From the NCBI GenBank assembly GCA_046497505.1, contig JAWOFN010000125.1, positions 1 through 60,775 on the forward strand: DNA of 60,775 bases, in the 5' to 3' direction. Below the pieces are notes generated by a model that saw nothing but the letters and a program-made list of their open reading frames with translations, was not told the origin of the DNA and did no database searches. This document shows positions 49,924-59,438 of this stretch, piece by piece; position 1 is the first letter of the stretch; the number at the start of each line of letters is the position of its first letter. This DNA comes from a bacterium. GTDB taxonomy: Bacteria > Blakebacterota > Blakebacteria > Blakebacterales > JAWOFN01. The translations under genes were made by a program, and so were the position numbers.

Positions 49924-51471
49924 ATGGCCGAGCAGGAACAGACCCCCACACGCGTACCCTTCATGACGCGGGCCCTGGGCGGGATCGAGCGGGTGGGCAA
50001 CGCCCTTCCGCATCCCGGGACCCTCTTCGCCCTCATGGCCCTGGCCGTGATCCTCTTCTCCTGGGTGGCCGCCCAGATGCAGGTCTCGGTGATCCATCCC
50101 GGCACGGGAGAGACCATCGTACCGGTGAACCTGCTCTCCATCGAGGGTCTGCACCGCATCCTCATCCACATGGTGGACAACTTCACCGGTTTCGCCCCCC
50201 TGGGTACGGTGCTGGTGGCCATGCTGGGCATCGGCATCGCCGAGGGGAGCGGCCTCATAGGTACCGGCCTGCGGATGCTGGTCCTCTCCGCGCCGGAGCG
50301 GCTCCTCACCTTCGTCATCGTATTCGCCGGCGTGCTCTCCAACACGGCCAGCGAGATCGGCTACGTGCTCCTGGTCCCACTGGCCGCCGTGATCTTCCTG
50401 GCCGCCGGGCGGCATCCCATCGCGGGCCTGGCCGCCGCCTTCGCCGGCGTCTCCGGGGGCTATTCCGCCAACCTGCTCCTGGGCACCGTGGACCCCCTCC
50501 TGGCGGGGCTTTCCACCGAGGCGGCCCGGATCGTGGACCCCGGTTATTTCGTCGGAGCCGAAGCGAACTACTACTTCATGTTCGCCTCCACGTTCTTCAT
50601 CGCCGCGGCGGGTACGTGGGTCACCGAGAAGATCATCGTACCCCGTCTCGGGACGTACGAAGGGGACGTGGAGGCCGAGGATATCCACGACCTCACCGAC
50701 CAGGAGAAGCGCGGGCTCCGGTTCACCCTGGTCACCTTCCTGGTCATCGTCGTGCTGCTCCTGTGGGGGACCGTCCCTGCCGAGGGTTTCCTCCGCAACC
50801 CCGAGACCCTGAGCCTGATGGACTCCCCCTTCCTGAACGGGATCGTTGCGATGATCTTCATCATCTTCGGGGCGTGCGGGGTCGCCTACGGGATCGGGGC
50901 GGGCACCTACCAGAGCGACGCGGACGTCATGAAGGGGATGGCGAAGTCGATGGAGACCCTGGCCCTCTACATGGTCCTGGTCTTCTTCGCCGCCCAGTTC
51001 GTGGCCTACTTCAAGTGGACCAACCTGGGGCTGATCATCGCCGTGGAAGGGGCGTCGTTCCTTGAGGCGCTGAACCTCGGGGTGATCCCCACCATGATCC
51101 TCTTCGTGTTCATAGCCGGGTTCGTGAACCTCTTCATGGGGAGCGCCTCGGCCAAGTGGGCCATCCTCGCGCCGGTGTTCATCCCCATGTTCATGCTGCT
51201 GGGCTACTCACCCGAGTTCACCCAGGTGGCCTACCGCATCGGGGACTCCACGACCAACGTCATCGCACCCATGATGACCTACTTCGCCCTCATCGTGGCC
51301 TTCGTGGAGAAGTACGACGAGGAGGCGGGGATCGGGACCGTCATCGCCACGATGCTCCCCTACACCGTGGCCTTCATGGCCATATGGATCGTGATGCTGG
51401 TGGTCTGGATGATCTTCGGGATCCCGGTGGGCCCCGGCGCCGCCCTCTACATCCCCACACCCGCGGGCTGA
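49924..51471 (+). CDS. abgT: AbgT-family (p-aminobenzoyl-glutamate) transporter
   Basis: 515-aa polytopic protein with AbgT-typical N-terminus ...[12 protein letters not shown] and repeated hairpin regions. Confidence 0.9.
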   Translation: MAEQEQTPTRVPFMTRALGGIERVGNALPHPGTLFALMALAVILFSWVAAQMQVSVIHPGTGETIVPVNLLSIEGLHRILIHMVDNFTGFAPLGTVLVAMLGIGIAEGSGLIGTGLRMLVLSAPERLLTFVIVFAGVLSNTASEIGYVLLVPLAAVIFLAAGRHPIAGLAAAFAGVSGGYSANLLLGTVDPLLAGLSTEAARIVDPGYFVGAEANYYFMFASTFFIAAAGTWVTEKIIVPRLGTYEGDVEAEDIHDLTDQEKRGLRFTLVTFLVIVVLLLWGTVPAEGFLRNPETLSLMDSPFLNGIVAMIFIIFGACGVAYGIGAGTYQSDADVMKGMAKSMETLALYMVLVFFAAQFVAYFKWTNLGLIIAVEGASFLEALNLGVIPTMILFVFIAGFVNLFMGSASAKWAILAPVFIPMFMLLGYSPEFTQVAYRIGDSTTNVIAPMMTYFALIVAFVEKYDEEAGIGTVIATMLPYTVAFMAIWIVMLVVWMIFGIPVGPGAALYIPTPAG

Positions 51472-51667
51472 GGGCCCGAGCGTATCGAAGAAGGCTTTGG
51501 ACGGGGCCACCTTGAGGCCCGGACTGCTGCTGAGGTGCCAGTAGGCGTGGGGCGGCCCTCCCGGTAGCGGGCGAACCTATGGGACGGATCGACGCAATCC
51601 AGGTCCCGGAACACTACCTGCTCGGTGGTCGGACGCAGTGCACCAAAGGTCCGCTGGAAGCTCTGTC

Positions 51668-52063
51668 TCAGGGGGACAAGAAGAGTTCTTCCTTCAGCAG
51701 GGCCGAGTCGAAGGTGGCCAGAGCATCGCAGCCTGCCGCCCGTGCGTCTTCACGAATGAGATAATCGGCGAAATCTCCCTTACCGGCCTCGTACGCTCGC
51801 AGGGCCCGATGAAGCCGATCCGGCGCATTGAAAACAAGCTGACGCGAGGAAACCAGCTTCAAGAGGGCTTCGGCGACCTCTTTCCGGCCGAAACCGTACA
51901 CCGCACGCAGCACCCAGACGACCTCACAGAGCACGATCTCGGAGACGTGGAACCTCTCATCGCGTCTTTCGGTCTTCCGGACGAGCTGGACCCCTCTCTT
52001 GGTCTGCTCGGGATCGTCCTTTACGAGGATCCGCACGAGGACATTCGTGTCGAGCGCCGTCAC
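51668..52063 (-). CDS. vapC: PIN-domain toxin VapC
   Basis: The LDTNVL N-terminal acidic motif and later D/E residues; 4-nt overlap with the antitoxin gene. Confidence 0.85.
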   Translation of the reverse strand: MTALDTNVLVRILVKDDPEQTKRGVQLVRKTERRDERFHVSEIVLCEVVWVLRAVYGFGRKEVAEALLKLVSSRQLVFNAPDRLHRALRAYEAGKGDFADYLIREDARAAGCDALATFDSALLKEELFLSP

Positions 52064-52323
52064 CGGCGGCCCGCCTTGCAGTGTGCTCTCGCTGCCTCCT
52101 GCTCCACACCTCGTTTCATGTCTTCGACCGAAGCGTGCCGACCCTCCGGCGGGGTGAGAATGCCCACCAGGTCCAGGAGGTCCACGGTATCAGGTCTCAG
52201 TTCTACGATCCCGTCTTCCCGCACGATGAACTCCACCCGGTCTCCGGCGTCCAGCCGAAGGGCATCCCGCACTTCCTTCGGGATGGTGACCTGACCCTTC
52301 GATGAAACCGTTGAATTGGGCAT
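52060..52323 (-). CDS. vapB: AbrB/SpoVT/MazE-fold antitoxin VapB
   Basis: SSKGQVTIPKEVRDAL swapped-hairpin motif. Confidence 0.85.
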   Translation of the reverse strand: MPNSTVSSKGQVTIPKEVRDALRLDAGDRVEFIVREDGIVELRPDTVDLLDLVGILTPPEGRHASVEDMKRGVEQEAARAHCKAGRR

Positions 52324-52616
52324 CTTTACCTCCTAATAAGTCCTTTACTATAGGGTAAGGAACTTCATTCTGAGAGGCAACTACCAGAGCCTGACCTGCC
52401 ACGGCACGAGCATCGTGGCTTTCGCGCCCTTCCACACCCACACCATCCGTCTGGGCGCGGTGAAGGACTGCTCCGACTGCCACGGCAACGAGGCGGTGAC
52501 TGACCGGTTCGACTCGCTGGCACCGGAGCAGGATGGGGTCTACCCTCTTGGGTTCCCACATCCGTCCTCCTCCGCACCCTTCGGGTCCGGCGGAGAAAGC
52601 ATCATCCAGGAGGGAT

Positions 52617-53978
52617 ATGATGACCGTACGTTCGATCCTGCTGGTCCTGATCGGTGCCGGAGCCCTGGCCATGCCTCCGGCCGCCTCCGCACAGCAGAAG
52701 GAGGACCCCACCTCCCTCTCGATGGCCCTCACCGGCGATTCCATCATCACGCGTCGTCTCTCGGTCTACGAGGAGCCCGAGTTCCTGGCCATGGTCGACC
52801 TGATCCGATCTGCCGATGTGGCCTTCACCAATCTCGAGATGCTCTTCCACGACTATGAGCCCTTCCCCATGCACGAGAGCGGCGGCACCTTCATGCGCGG
52901 CGACCCCTCCCTTGCGGGGGAACTCGTGTGGGCCGGGTTCGACATGGTCTCGAGGGCGAACAACCATACCGGGGATTACGGGGTGATGGGCCAGCGTCTG
53001 ACGAGGAAGTACGCCGAAGCTGCGGGCCTGGTGCATGCGGGCACCGGCGAAGGGCTGCGGCAGGCGCGGGAGCCGCGGTTCCTGGAGACCGCCGGGGGGC
53101 GGGTGGCCCTCGTCTCGGTCGCCTCCACCTTCCCCGATCATTCCCGTGCGGGATCCACCTTCGGAGACAACCCCTCCCGGCCGGGGCTGGCCCCGCAGCG
53201 CTATTCGAGCACCCGGATCATCACGTCCGACCAGATGGAGGGCCTCCGGGAGGCCTTGATCCGCATGGATACACGGGTCCCGACGGAAGAGAGCCGGCTC
53301 CGAGCCTTCGGCAGGCGGTTCGAGGTGGGTACCGAGACGGGGACGCGCACCGAACCGCACCGGGGGGACCTGGAGGCGAATGCGGCCTCGGTCCGCAGCG
53401 GGAGTCTGCTCGCCGACTGCACCATCGTCTCGATCCACGCCCATGAGAGCGGGGAGGGACGGTCGGTACCCGCGGACTTCATCGAGACCTTCGCCCGGGC
53501 GATGATCGATGCGGGGGCGGATGTCGTGGTAGGCCATGGGCCCCACGTGCTCCGCGGGATCGAGATCTACGAAGGGAAGCCGATCTTCTACAGCCTGGGG
53601 GACTTCATCTTCCAGAACGAGACCCTGCTCCGCCTCCCGGAGGAAAACTACGGGTCCTACGGTCTGGAAAGGGACGAGGCGACGGTGGCGGAGTTCAACC
53701 TGCGCCGTTATCGAAACGACGAGCGCGGGTTCCCGGCCAACCGTGAGATCTGGGAATCGGTGGTCGCCTGGGTCGAATGGGAGGGGGACCGGCTGGCCGC
53801 CGTCCGCCTACACCCCATCACCCTGGGGTTCGGTCTGCCCCGTTCCCAGCGAGGGCGGCCGATGTTCGCTACCGGCGAGCTGGCCCGGAAGATCCTGGCG
53901 GACCTGGCGGAGCGCTCCGAGCGGTACGGGACCTCGATCCGTGTCCGCGGGGATATGGGAGAGGTCGTACTGCCCTGA
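52617..53978 (+). CDS. CapA-family (poly-gamma-glutamate synthesis-type) metallophosphatase, secreted
   Basis: Signal peptide; GDSIITRR, ADVAFTNLE, ANNHTGDYG and SIHAHE motifs. Confidence 0.85.
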   Translation: MMTVRSILLVLIGAGALAMPPAASAQQKEDPTSLSMALTGDSIITRRLSVYEEPEFLAMVDLIRSADVAFTNLEMLFHDYEPFPMHESGGTFMRGDPSLAGELVWAGFDMVSRANNHTGDYGVMGQRLTRKYAEAAGLVHAGTGEGLRQAREPRFLETAGGRVALVSVASTFPDHSRAGSTFGDNPSRPGLAPQRYSSTRIITSDQMEGLREALIRMDTRVPTEESRLRAFGRRFEVGTETGTRTEPHRGDLEANAASVRSGSLLADCTIVSIHAHESGEGRSVPADFIETFARAMIDAGADVVVGHGPHVLRGIEIYEGKPIFYSLGDFIFQNETLLRLPEENYGSYGLERDEATVAEFNLRRYRNDERGFPANREIWESVVAWVEWEGDRLAAVRLHPITLGFGLPRSQRGRPMFATGELARKILADLAERSERYGTSIRVRGDMGEVVLP

Positions 53979-54012
53979 CCCCTCCCAGCTCTCCGCGAGC
54001 CGAGGATCCGGC

Positions 54013-55146
54013 TCACCGCCAGGGATAGGGGCCCGGCATCTCCACACCCCGTGCCTCGATCAGCAGCTCCAGGATCCGCTCGAAGGAGGACCAGCTCGTC
54101 TCCCGGCGATAGACGTTGTGCGTCTTGTGGGCGATCACCAGGTCCAGGGCCGGCAGGACCGTGATCCACTGGCCCCAGGCACCCCGGGCGGTGTACGCCC
54201 CCTCGAAGGGGCCGGTGGCCCGGGGACCGTCGAAGATCCACCACATGTAGCCGTAGCCCAGGTAGCCGTCCCTCCGGCTCGCCGGGTTCATCTCCTCCAG
54301 GGGGGTCACCACGCTGACAATGCGGCGGGCCCACTCCCGGGGGACGATCTGCTCGCCCTCCCACTGTCCCTCGTGGAGCATGAGGTGGCCGATGCGCGCC
54401 ATGTCCCGCGTGGAGACCCAGATCGGGTAGGCCGGGTACCGGGAGACCGTCAGGTCGCCGGCCTTGTGCTGCATGCTGCGGTCCCAGTCCTCGAACTGCA
54501 GGGGGATGGCGAGCTGGGCCTGCAGCTCGTCGTAGATGTCGCGCCCGGTGATCTGCTCGAAAACGGCCCCCGCGGCGTTGAAGTCCCAGTTGCTGTAGAG
54601 CATGTAGGTGCCGGGCTGCTGGGAGCCGCGCTCGGGGGCGTGCCGCAGGTCGTCCCCCGAGTAGGAAGCCGGGTGATAGACGCCGGAACGGGCGGTGATG
54701 AGATTGTGTACGGTGGCCTGCTTCTCGATCGGCAGCAGACCGCCGATGTCGTCGAAGCCGAGTTTCTCAAGGGTCATGTCAAGGTCGATGATCCCGTTCT
54801 CCACCCAGTAGCCGTAGAGCATGGAGAGGATGCTCTTGCGCACCGATGCCACGTAGGAGAGTTCCTCGATGTCCCCGTACGTGAAGACCACCCGCCCCCG
54901 ATCCACCACCACCAGACCCGTGGTGTTCGACTCGTCCCGGATGAGGGCCGTCACGCTCCTGAGCGCCTGGGACGACCAGCCGTAGGCCTCCAGGTCCCGT
55001 CTTCCGACGTACTCCCACTCCTCCCCGGGGAAGACCGGGTCGGTGGCGACCTGGGCTCGGAGGAGGTCCGGCGTGCTCGTCGAGAAGACCAGCAGGAAGA
55101 GGAGGCCGAGGATCGGTTTCCAGATCGAGGTTCGAGGGTATCTCAT
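54013..55146 (-). CDS. Beta-lactamase-family serine hydrolase
   Basis: Signal peptide; SVRKS (SxxK) motif and YSNWDF (YxN). The ATG is at 55146 within the longer ORF. Confidence 0.85.
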   Translation of the reverse strand: MRYPRTSIWKPILGLLFLLVFSTSTPDLLRAQVATDPVFPGEEWEYVGRRDLEAYGWSSQALRSVTALIRDESNTTGLVVVDRGRVVFTYGDIEELSYVASVRKSILSMLYGYWVENGIIDLDMTLEKLGFDDIGGLLPIEKQATVHNLITARSGVYHPASYSGDDLRHAPERGSQQPGTYMLYSNWDFNAAGAVFEQITGRDIYDELQAQLAIPLQFEDWDRSMQHKAGDLTVSRYPAYPIWVSTRDMARIGHLMLHEGQWEGEQIVPREWARRIVSVVTPLEEMNPASRRDGYLGYGYMWWIFDGPRATGPFEGAYTARGAWGQWITVLPALDLVIAHKTHNVYRRETSWSSFERILELLIEARGVEMPGPYPWR

Positions 55147-55658
55147 GGTTGCGCTCCTGAAGGATCGCGTGGACATCGCATATCGTGCCGTCATCACGCC
55201 GATGCGGCGCGGTCCCGGCCAGGGTCCTCCGCCGAGGCCCCCGGGAGGGTGATTGTACCACGTCCGCTCGACCCGCACATCCCGCTCGGGCCCCCGGCCT
55301 TCAGCGGGGCTGCGAAGGGGATCTTCCCACGGGGGGAGGCGCTGTTCCGGCGAGCCGATCCGGCCGGCCGTGCCGCCCGCAGCACCTTCCGTCTCTACCC
55401 CATGGGGCACAACACGCCACCGCCTCAGAACGAGTACTGGCCGGATATCGAGAGGTTCCATCATGCCGGAGGGGATCCCCGGGTTGACATGCCGGCGGGC
55501 ACGCCCCATCTTCATCTTTCCATGACCGATCGAACCAGCACACGTTTCCGCCCCTGTATGTGTAACGGGAATACCGATACCGACAGGGACGGGTGTATGA
55601 TTGTTCGATCGCTCGGTCAGCACTGATCCGCACCGCCAGATAGAACCTCACCACCTGT

Positions 55659-55693
55659 CCCGCACGGCCTGGCCGTCGCGGGATTTCTTTTTT
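55659..55693 (+). terminator. Orphan intrinsic-terminator-like hairpin, 38 nt upstream of the CysK-like start (possible attenuator)
   Basis: CCCGCACGGCC-T-GGCCGT(C)GCGGG followed by ATTTCTTTTTT. No plus-strand gene lies upstream that it could terminate. Confidence 0.5.
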
Positions 55694-55730
55694 CGGGAAG
55701 CCGGGCCGCAGCGGGCCGACACAGCAGGGA

Positions 55731-56768
55731 GTGCCCGTGAACGACCCGACCAGACCGACCCGAACCGTTTCAAACGGAACCGACGTGGAGGAGGGCCCTG
55801 AAGAGGACCGGCCGGCCCTCAGACGGTACGAGGACATCCGTGGGCTCATAGGAAGCCTCGAGGACCCGACACCGTTGGTCCGGCTCGGCCGCGTCCTTCC
55901 CAGGACCGTCTGCGGTTACCTGAAACTGGAGTGGTTCAATCCCTTCGGCTCCGTCAAGGACCGGACCGCCCGTGCCCTGATCCAGGGCATGCAGGAACGG
56001 GGGGAGCTCGATGGGCGTGAACTCGTGGAGCCCACCTCCGGCAACACCGGGATCGCCCTGGCCGCCCTGGCGGTCCTGATGGATATCCCCATCCGCGTGA
56101 CCGTCCCCGAGGAGGTCCCGGAGGAGAAGAAGGTGATCCTGCGCATGCTGGGAGCCGAGGTACTCGAGGCCCCCGACGACCTGTGCCCGGCCGACCACCC
56201 CAGGGATGGTGCCATCGCCCTCGCCCGATCCCTCGCCGAGAGTCCTGCGACCCGGGACCGATACGCGATGCCCGACCAGTACAACAACCCGGATAACGTC
56301 CGGGCGCACTATGAGACCACCGGGCCCGAGATATGGAAGCAGACGGAGGGGAAGGTCCGGACGATCGTGGCTGGATACGGCACCTGCGGGACCATCACAG
56401 GCATCGGACGGTTCCTCAAGGAACAGGATCGCGGGATCCGCATCGTGGCCGTCGAACCGGAGGCCGGTCACCGCATCCCGGGGCTCAAGAACATGGAGGA
56501 GTCCCGTACGCCTTCCATCCTCGATCCCTCGGTAGTGGATGATGTCGTGCGAGTCCCCGACCGACCCGCCTACGAGATGACGAAAAGACTCTTTCGGCAG
56601 GAGACGCTCATCGTCGGTCCCTCTACCGGCGCCGTGGTGGCGGCCATGGCAGGACTCACTGGGTCCGATGGGATCGTGGTGGGCATCTCTCCCGATGCGG
56701 GCTTCAAGTACGCATCACTGTTCGCCCGGATGACGGATGGATCGCCTGTTCCACGACCATGGGCGTGA
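55731..56768 (+). CDS. PLP-dependent cysteine synthase-family enzyme (CysK/CysM/SbnA-like)
   Basis: FNPFGSVKDRTA (PLP lysine), TSGNTG and GTCGTITG. GTG start. An N-terminal ~35-aa extension leaves the start uncertain (alternative GTG at 55785). Confidence 0.88.
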   Translation: MPVNDPTRPTRTVSNGTDVEEGPEEDRPALRRYEDIRGLIGSLEDPTPLVRLGRVLPRTVCGYLKLEWFNPFGSVKDRTARALIQGMQERGELDGRELVEPTSGNTGIALAALAVLMDIPIRVTVPEEVPEEKKVILRMLGAEVLEAPDDLCPADHPRDGAIALARSLAESPATRDRYAMPDQYNNPDNVRAHYETTGPEIWKQTEGKVRTIVAGYGTCGTITGIGRFLKEQDRGIRIVAVEPEAGHRIPGLKNMEESRTPSILDPSVVDDVVRVPDRPAYEMTKRLFRQETLIVGPSTGAVVAAMAGLTGSDGIVVGISPDAGFKYASLFARMTDGSPVPRPWA

Positions 56769-56869
56769 TGGGCATCGAGGAGGAGGACCTGGTGGAGGGG
56801 ACCGAGGCCGCCGGCGCGGCAGTTCTCCTCGACTACGCTGCCGATGCTGATGTCCGCCTGTTCACCTGA
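56768..56869 (+). CDS. Possible 33-aa acidic small ORF coupled to the CysK-like gene
   Basis: The ATG overlaps the stop (TGATG). The translation is MGIEEEDLVEGTEAAGAAVLLDYAADADVRLFT, followed by an 8-bp hairpin (TACCCGGC/GCCGGGTA). No homology recognised. Confidence 0.2.
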   Translation: MGIEEEDLVEGTEAAGAAVLLDYAADADVRLFT

Positions 56870-56920
56870 GATACCCGGCCCGGCCGGGTACGCGACCGAT
56901 TGCCCCTGAAGGAGGGCGTC

Positions 56921-57964
56921 ATGACATACAGGAAGGTGGGTGTGCCGGCCCTCTACGAACCGGCACTGGATCTCACCGAGACCCTCGAGGCCGTGGATCT
57001 GGTCTGCGAGGTCTTCGAGCATCAGCTCCGGGACAGGCTGGATCTCCTCCCCGTTCCCGCTCCTCATTTCGTACGCGGCGGGACGGGGATCAACGATGAC
57101 CTGAACGGCGTCGAGCAGCCCGTGGTCTTCCGGGTCCGGGGATTGGAAGAAGCCCCCTGCGAGGTCCCGCAGTCCCTGGCCAAATGGAAGCGCCTCGCCC
57201 TCGGGGAGCTGGGATTCACGGCAGGGCGAGGCATATACACACGGATGAACGCACTGCGGCCCGATGAGCACATCGACCCGCTGCATTCCGTGTATGTGGA
57301 CCAGTGGGACTGGGAGCAGGTCATCGACCCATCCGACCGGGACCTCACCTGCCTGATGGGACTGGTGGAGGAGCTCTACGGCGCCCTCCGGGTCACCGAG
57401 CGGGAGCTGCGGAAGCGCTTCCCCTCACTCGAACCCATACTCCCCGAACGCGTTGAGTTCATGCATGCCGCGGATCTCGCCGAAGCCTATCCCGACCTGT
57501 CGCCCGACCGCAGGGAGGATCGCGCGGCCCGACAGTCGGGTGCCGTCTTCATCATCGGGGTGGGAGCACCCCTCGGGGATGGAAGACCGCACGGCGGACG
57601 CGCACCGGACTACGACGACTGGATCACCCCGAACGGCCGCGGACTGGGCCTGAACGGAGACCTGATCGTCTGGCACCGCCCCCTGGACCGGGCACTCGAA
57701 CTCTCCTCGATGGGCATCCGTGTAGATGCCCCGACTCTGCAAGAGCAGCTGCGCATCTGCGGTGTTCCTGAGCGGAGTGAGCTGGATTTCCATCGCCGGC
57801 TTCTCGAAGGGCGTCTCCCCCAGACTGCCGGCGGGGGGATCGGTCGCTCTCGTGTGTGCATGTACCTGCTGCGGAAAGCGCATATCGGGGAGGTCCAGGC
57901 CAGCGTCTGGCCCGACGCCATGCGGGCCGAATGTGCGCGCCTGGGGATACGGCTGCTCCCCTGA
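56921..57964 (+). CDS. asnA: Aspartate-ammonia ligase (asparagine synthetase A)
   Basis: HSVYVDQWDWE and GGGIGRSRVCMYLL class-II-synthetase-like motifs. GAAGGAGG lies before the ATG. Confidence 0.92.
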   Translation: MTYRKVGVPALYEPALDLTETLEAVDLVCEVFEHQLRDRLDLLPVPAPHFVRGGTGINDDLNGVEQPVVFRVRGLEEAPCEVPQSLAKWKRLALGELGFTAGRGIYTRMNALRPDEHIDPLHSVYVDQWDWEQVIDPSDRDLTCLMGLVEELYGALRVTERELRKRFPSLEPILPERVEFMHAADLAEAYPDLSPDRREDRAARQSGAVFIIGVGAPLGDGRPHGGRAPDYDDWITPNGRGLGLNGDLIVWHRPLDRALELSSMGIRVDAPTLQEQLRICGVPERSELDFHRRLLEGRLPQTAGGGIGRSRVCMYLLRKAHIGEVQASVWPDAMRAECARLGIRLLP

Positions 57965-58236
57965 ACCGGTTTCCTGCGGGCGGGCCGCAGAGCAACCTAG
58001 GACGCCTTCCGCAGAACCCCCGGCCCCTGCGGAGGTTGCGGGTGCTCGAATCTCCGGGTCGCGCCCAGGAAGAGGTCGCATGCGTCTTCGGAGGTGCTCA
58101 AGGCCGAGGGGGCCGGCTTCGGTCTGGCCCCCTGCGACGCGTACCACACCCGGCGCACCTTCAGCGTCGAGGAGGCGAAGCAGCCCCAGGCATGCCAGCC
58201 CTGGCGCTGCGCGCCATGCCTGGCACACACAAGCAA

Positions 58237-58266
58237 GAAGGGCGACGGGTCTCCCCATCGCCCTTC
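58237..58266 (-). terminator. Hairpin downstream of the DUF4382-like gene
   Basis: 9-bp stem GAAGGGCGA/TCGCCCTTC with a 12-nt loop. On the minus strand it is followed by TTGCTTGTGTGTG. Confidence 0.45.
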
Positions 58267-58297
58267 CTCATCTTCAGGACGGTTTGCCAGCCGCTGA

Positions 58298-59146
58298 TCA
58301 GCCGCCCGAAGAGGTCAGTTCGAAGTCTACATCCGGGGTGTCCTCACCGGCCGAGACCTCGATCCCCGTCTGCAGGGATTCCTCATACCCTTCCGCCTCG
58401 GCACGGATGTCATACGTGCCCGCCAGGAGGGCCTGGATCACGTACTCGCCGGTCTCATCGTCCGCCAGGGTCGTGGTCACCGTGTCGCCGGTGGCCGGAT
58501 CGAGCGCGAACAACACGGCACTGATGCCCGTGGGCGTGACGGTCCCCGAGATCGTGCCGGAGAGCACGGTCTGGACCAGCCGGATGGTGGGCCGCAGGAT
58601 ATAGTTCCCGCTGCCCGGGGGCGCCTCGTGCAGGGACTGTGCCACATCGAAGTCAACGGTGACCTCGGTGATCACGTTCGGGTCGACGTTGATGGTCCCC
58701 ACGAGCTTGATCCCCGTCTGGTCACCGCTGGGGATGAAGAGGTCCTGGGGCGTGCCGTCGATCGTGAGCGTGGCGCTCTCCAGCATGATGCGGATCTGCG
58801 TGTAGGTCCCCGCTTCCAGTTCCACCTCACCGAGGGTGGCCCAGACCCCGTTCACCAGTTCGAGCAGGTCGAAGGTGCGGGCCGCCTCGGGCAGGTCGTT
58901 CGCGAGGACCGTGAACCAGCCCTCTTCCGAGGTCTCGGCCTCTTCGGCCCGGTGCACGACCACTTCCTCGAAAACGACCTCCAGGGACTCGATCGCCTCG
59001 ATGCCGGCCGGCGCATCCACGAGGTTCACCCGCAGGGTGCCCGTGCCGTCCTCGGGTGCGGTGGAGTCGGAACAGCCCGACAGGCCTCCCGCCACCAAGC
59101 CGAACCCCAGGACCAGGGTCGTCAGATATCTGAATGCGAATCTCAT
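58298..59146 (-). CDS. DUF4382-like lipoprotein with a C-terminal carboxypeptidase-regulatory-like beta-sandwich
   Basis: Lipobox GLSGCS; LRVNLVDAP...IKL pattern; the C-terminal Ig-like segment GTYDIRAEAEGY. Confidence 0.75.
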   Translation of the reverse strand: MRFAFRYLTTLVLGFGLVAGGLSGCSDSTAPEDGTGTLRVNLVDAPAGIEAIESLEVVFEEVVVHRAEEAETSEEGWFTVLANDLPEAARTFDLLELVNGVWATLGEVELEAGTYTQIRIMLESATLTIDGTPQDLFIPSGDQTGIKLVGTINVDPNVITEVTVDFDVAQSLHEAPPGSGNYILRPTIRLVQTVLSGTISGTVTPTGISAVLFALDPATGDTVTTTLADDETGEYVIQALLAGTYDIRAEAEGYEESLQTGIEVSAGEDTPDVDFELTSSGG

Positions 59147-59182
59147 CGTGTTCGCTTCCTCCCGTTACTCCGCGCGACTGGT

Positions 59183-59206
59183 TCGGGCCGGGGATCCCCG
59201 GCCCGA
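59183..59206. repeat. Perfect 24-nt palindrome
   Basis: TCGGGCCGGGGA|TCCCCGGCCCGA lies 37 nt upstream of the DUF4382-like start and downstream of the EamA gene. Confidence 0.6.
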
Positions 59207-59438
59207 CGGTGCTGTGTGTTCACCTAGAGATAAGTGCAAACGGCGTGCCATCCGGCCCGGGACCGGCCGGACCGAGTCCGCTGGCTCCCCCCTGCAGGCA
59301 TGGATATGGGGCTGCCGGACCCATTCAACCTCTATCCGGAAGAGTGCTTCCGGAGGGCTCCCCCGAAGCCGCGGACCGACGAGGTGTACCTGTCCGTACA
59401 CTTCTCGGCGTCCCGTCGTCCTGCCCGGTACACCCCGG

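Noticed and set aside
55470-55479. GGGGATCCCC palindrome recurring at about 46274, 55470 and 59190
   Set aside because: Three hits of a GC-rich palindromic 10-mer in 60 kb of this composition is close to chance. One copy lies inside a coding region, and the flanks are not shared.
55446-55505. S-box (SAM-I) riboswitch-like sequence upstream of the CysK-like gene
   Set aside because: There are a few core-like words (ATCGAGAGG, GGAGGGGA, TGA). I could not find the GCAACC element or assemble the four-helix junction by eye. It is kept only as something to test with Infernal, not as a call.
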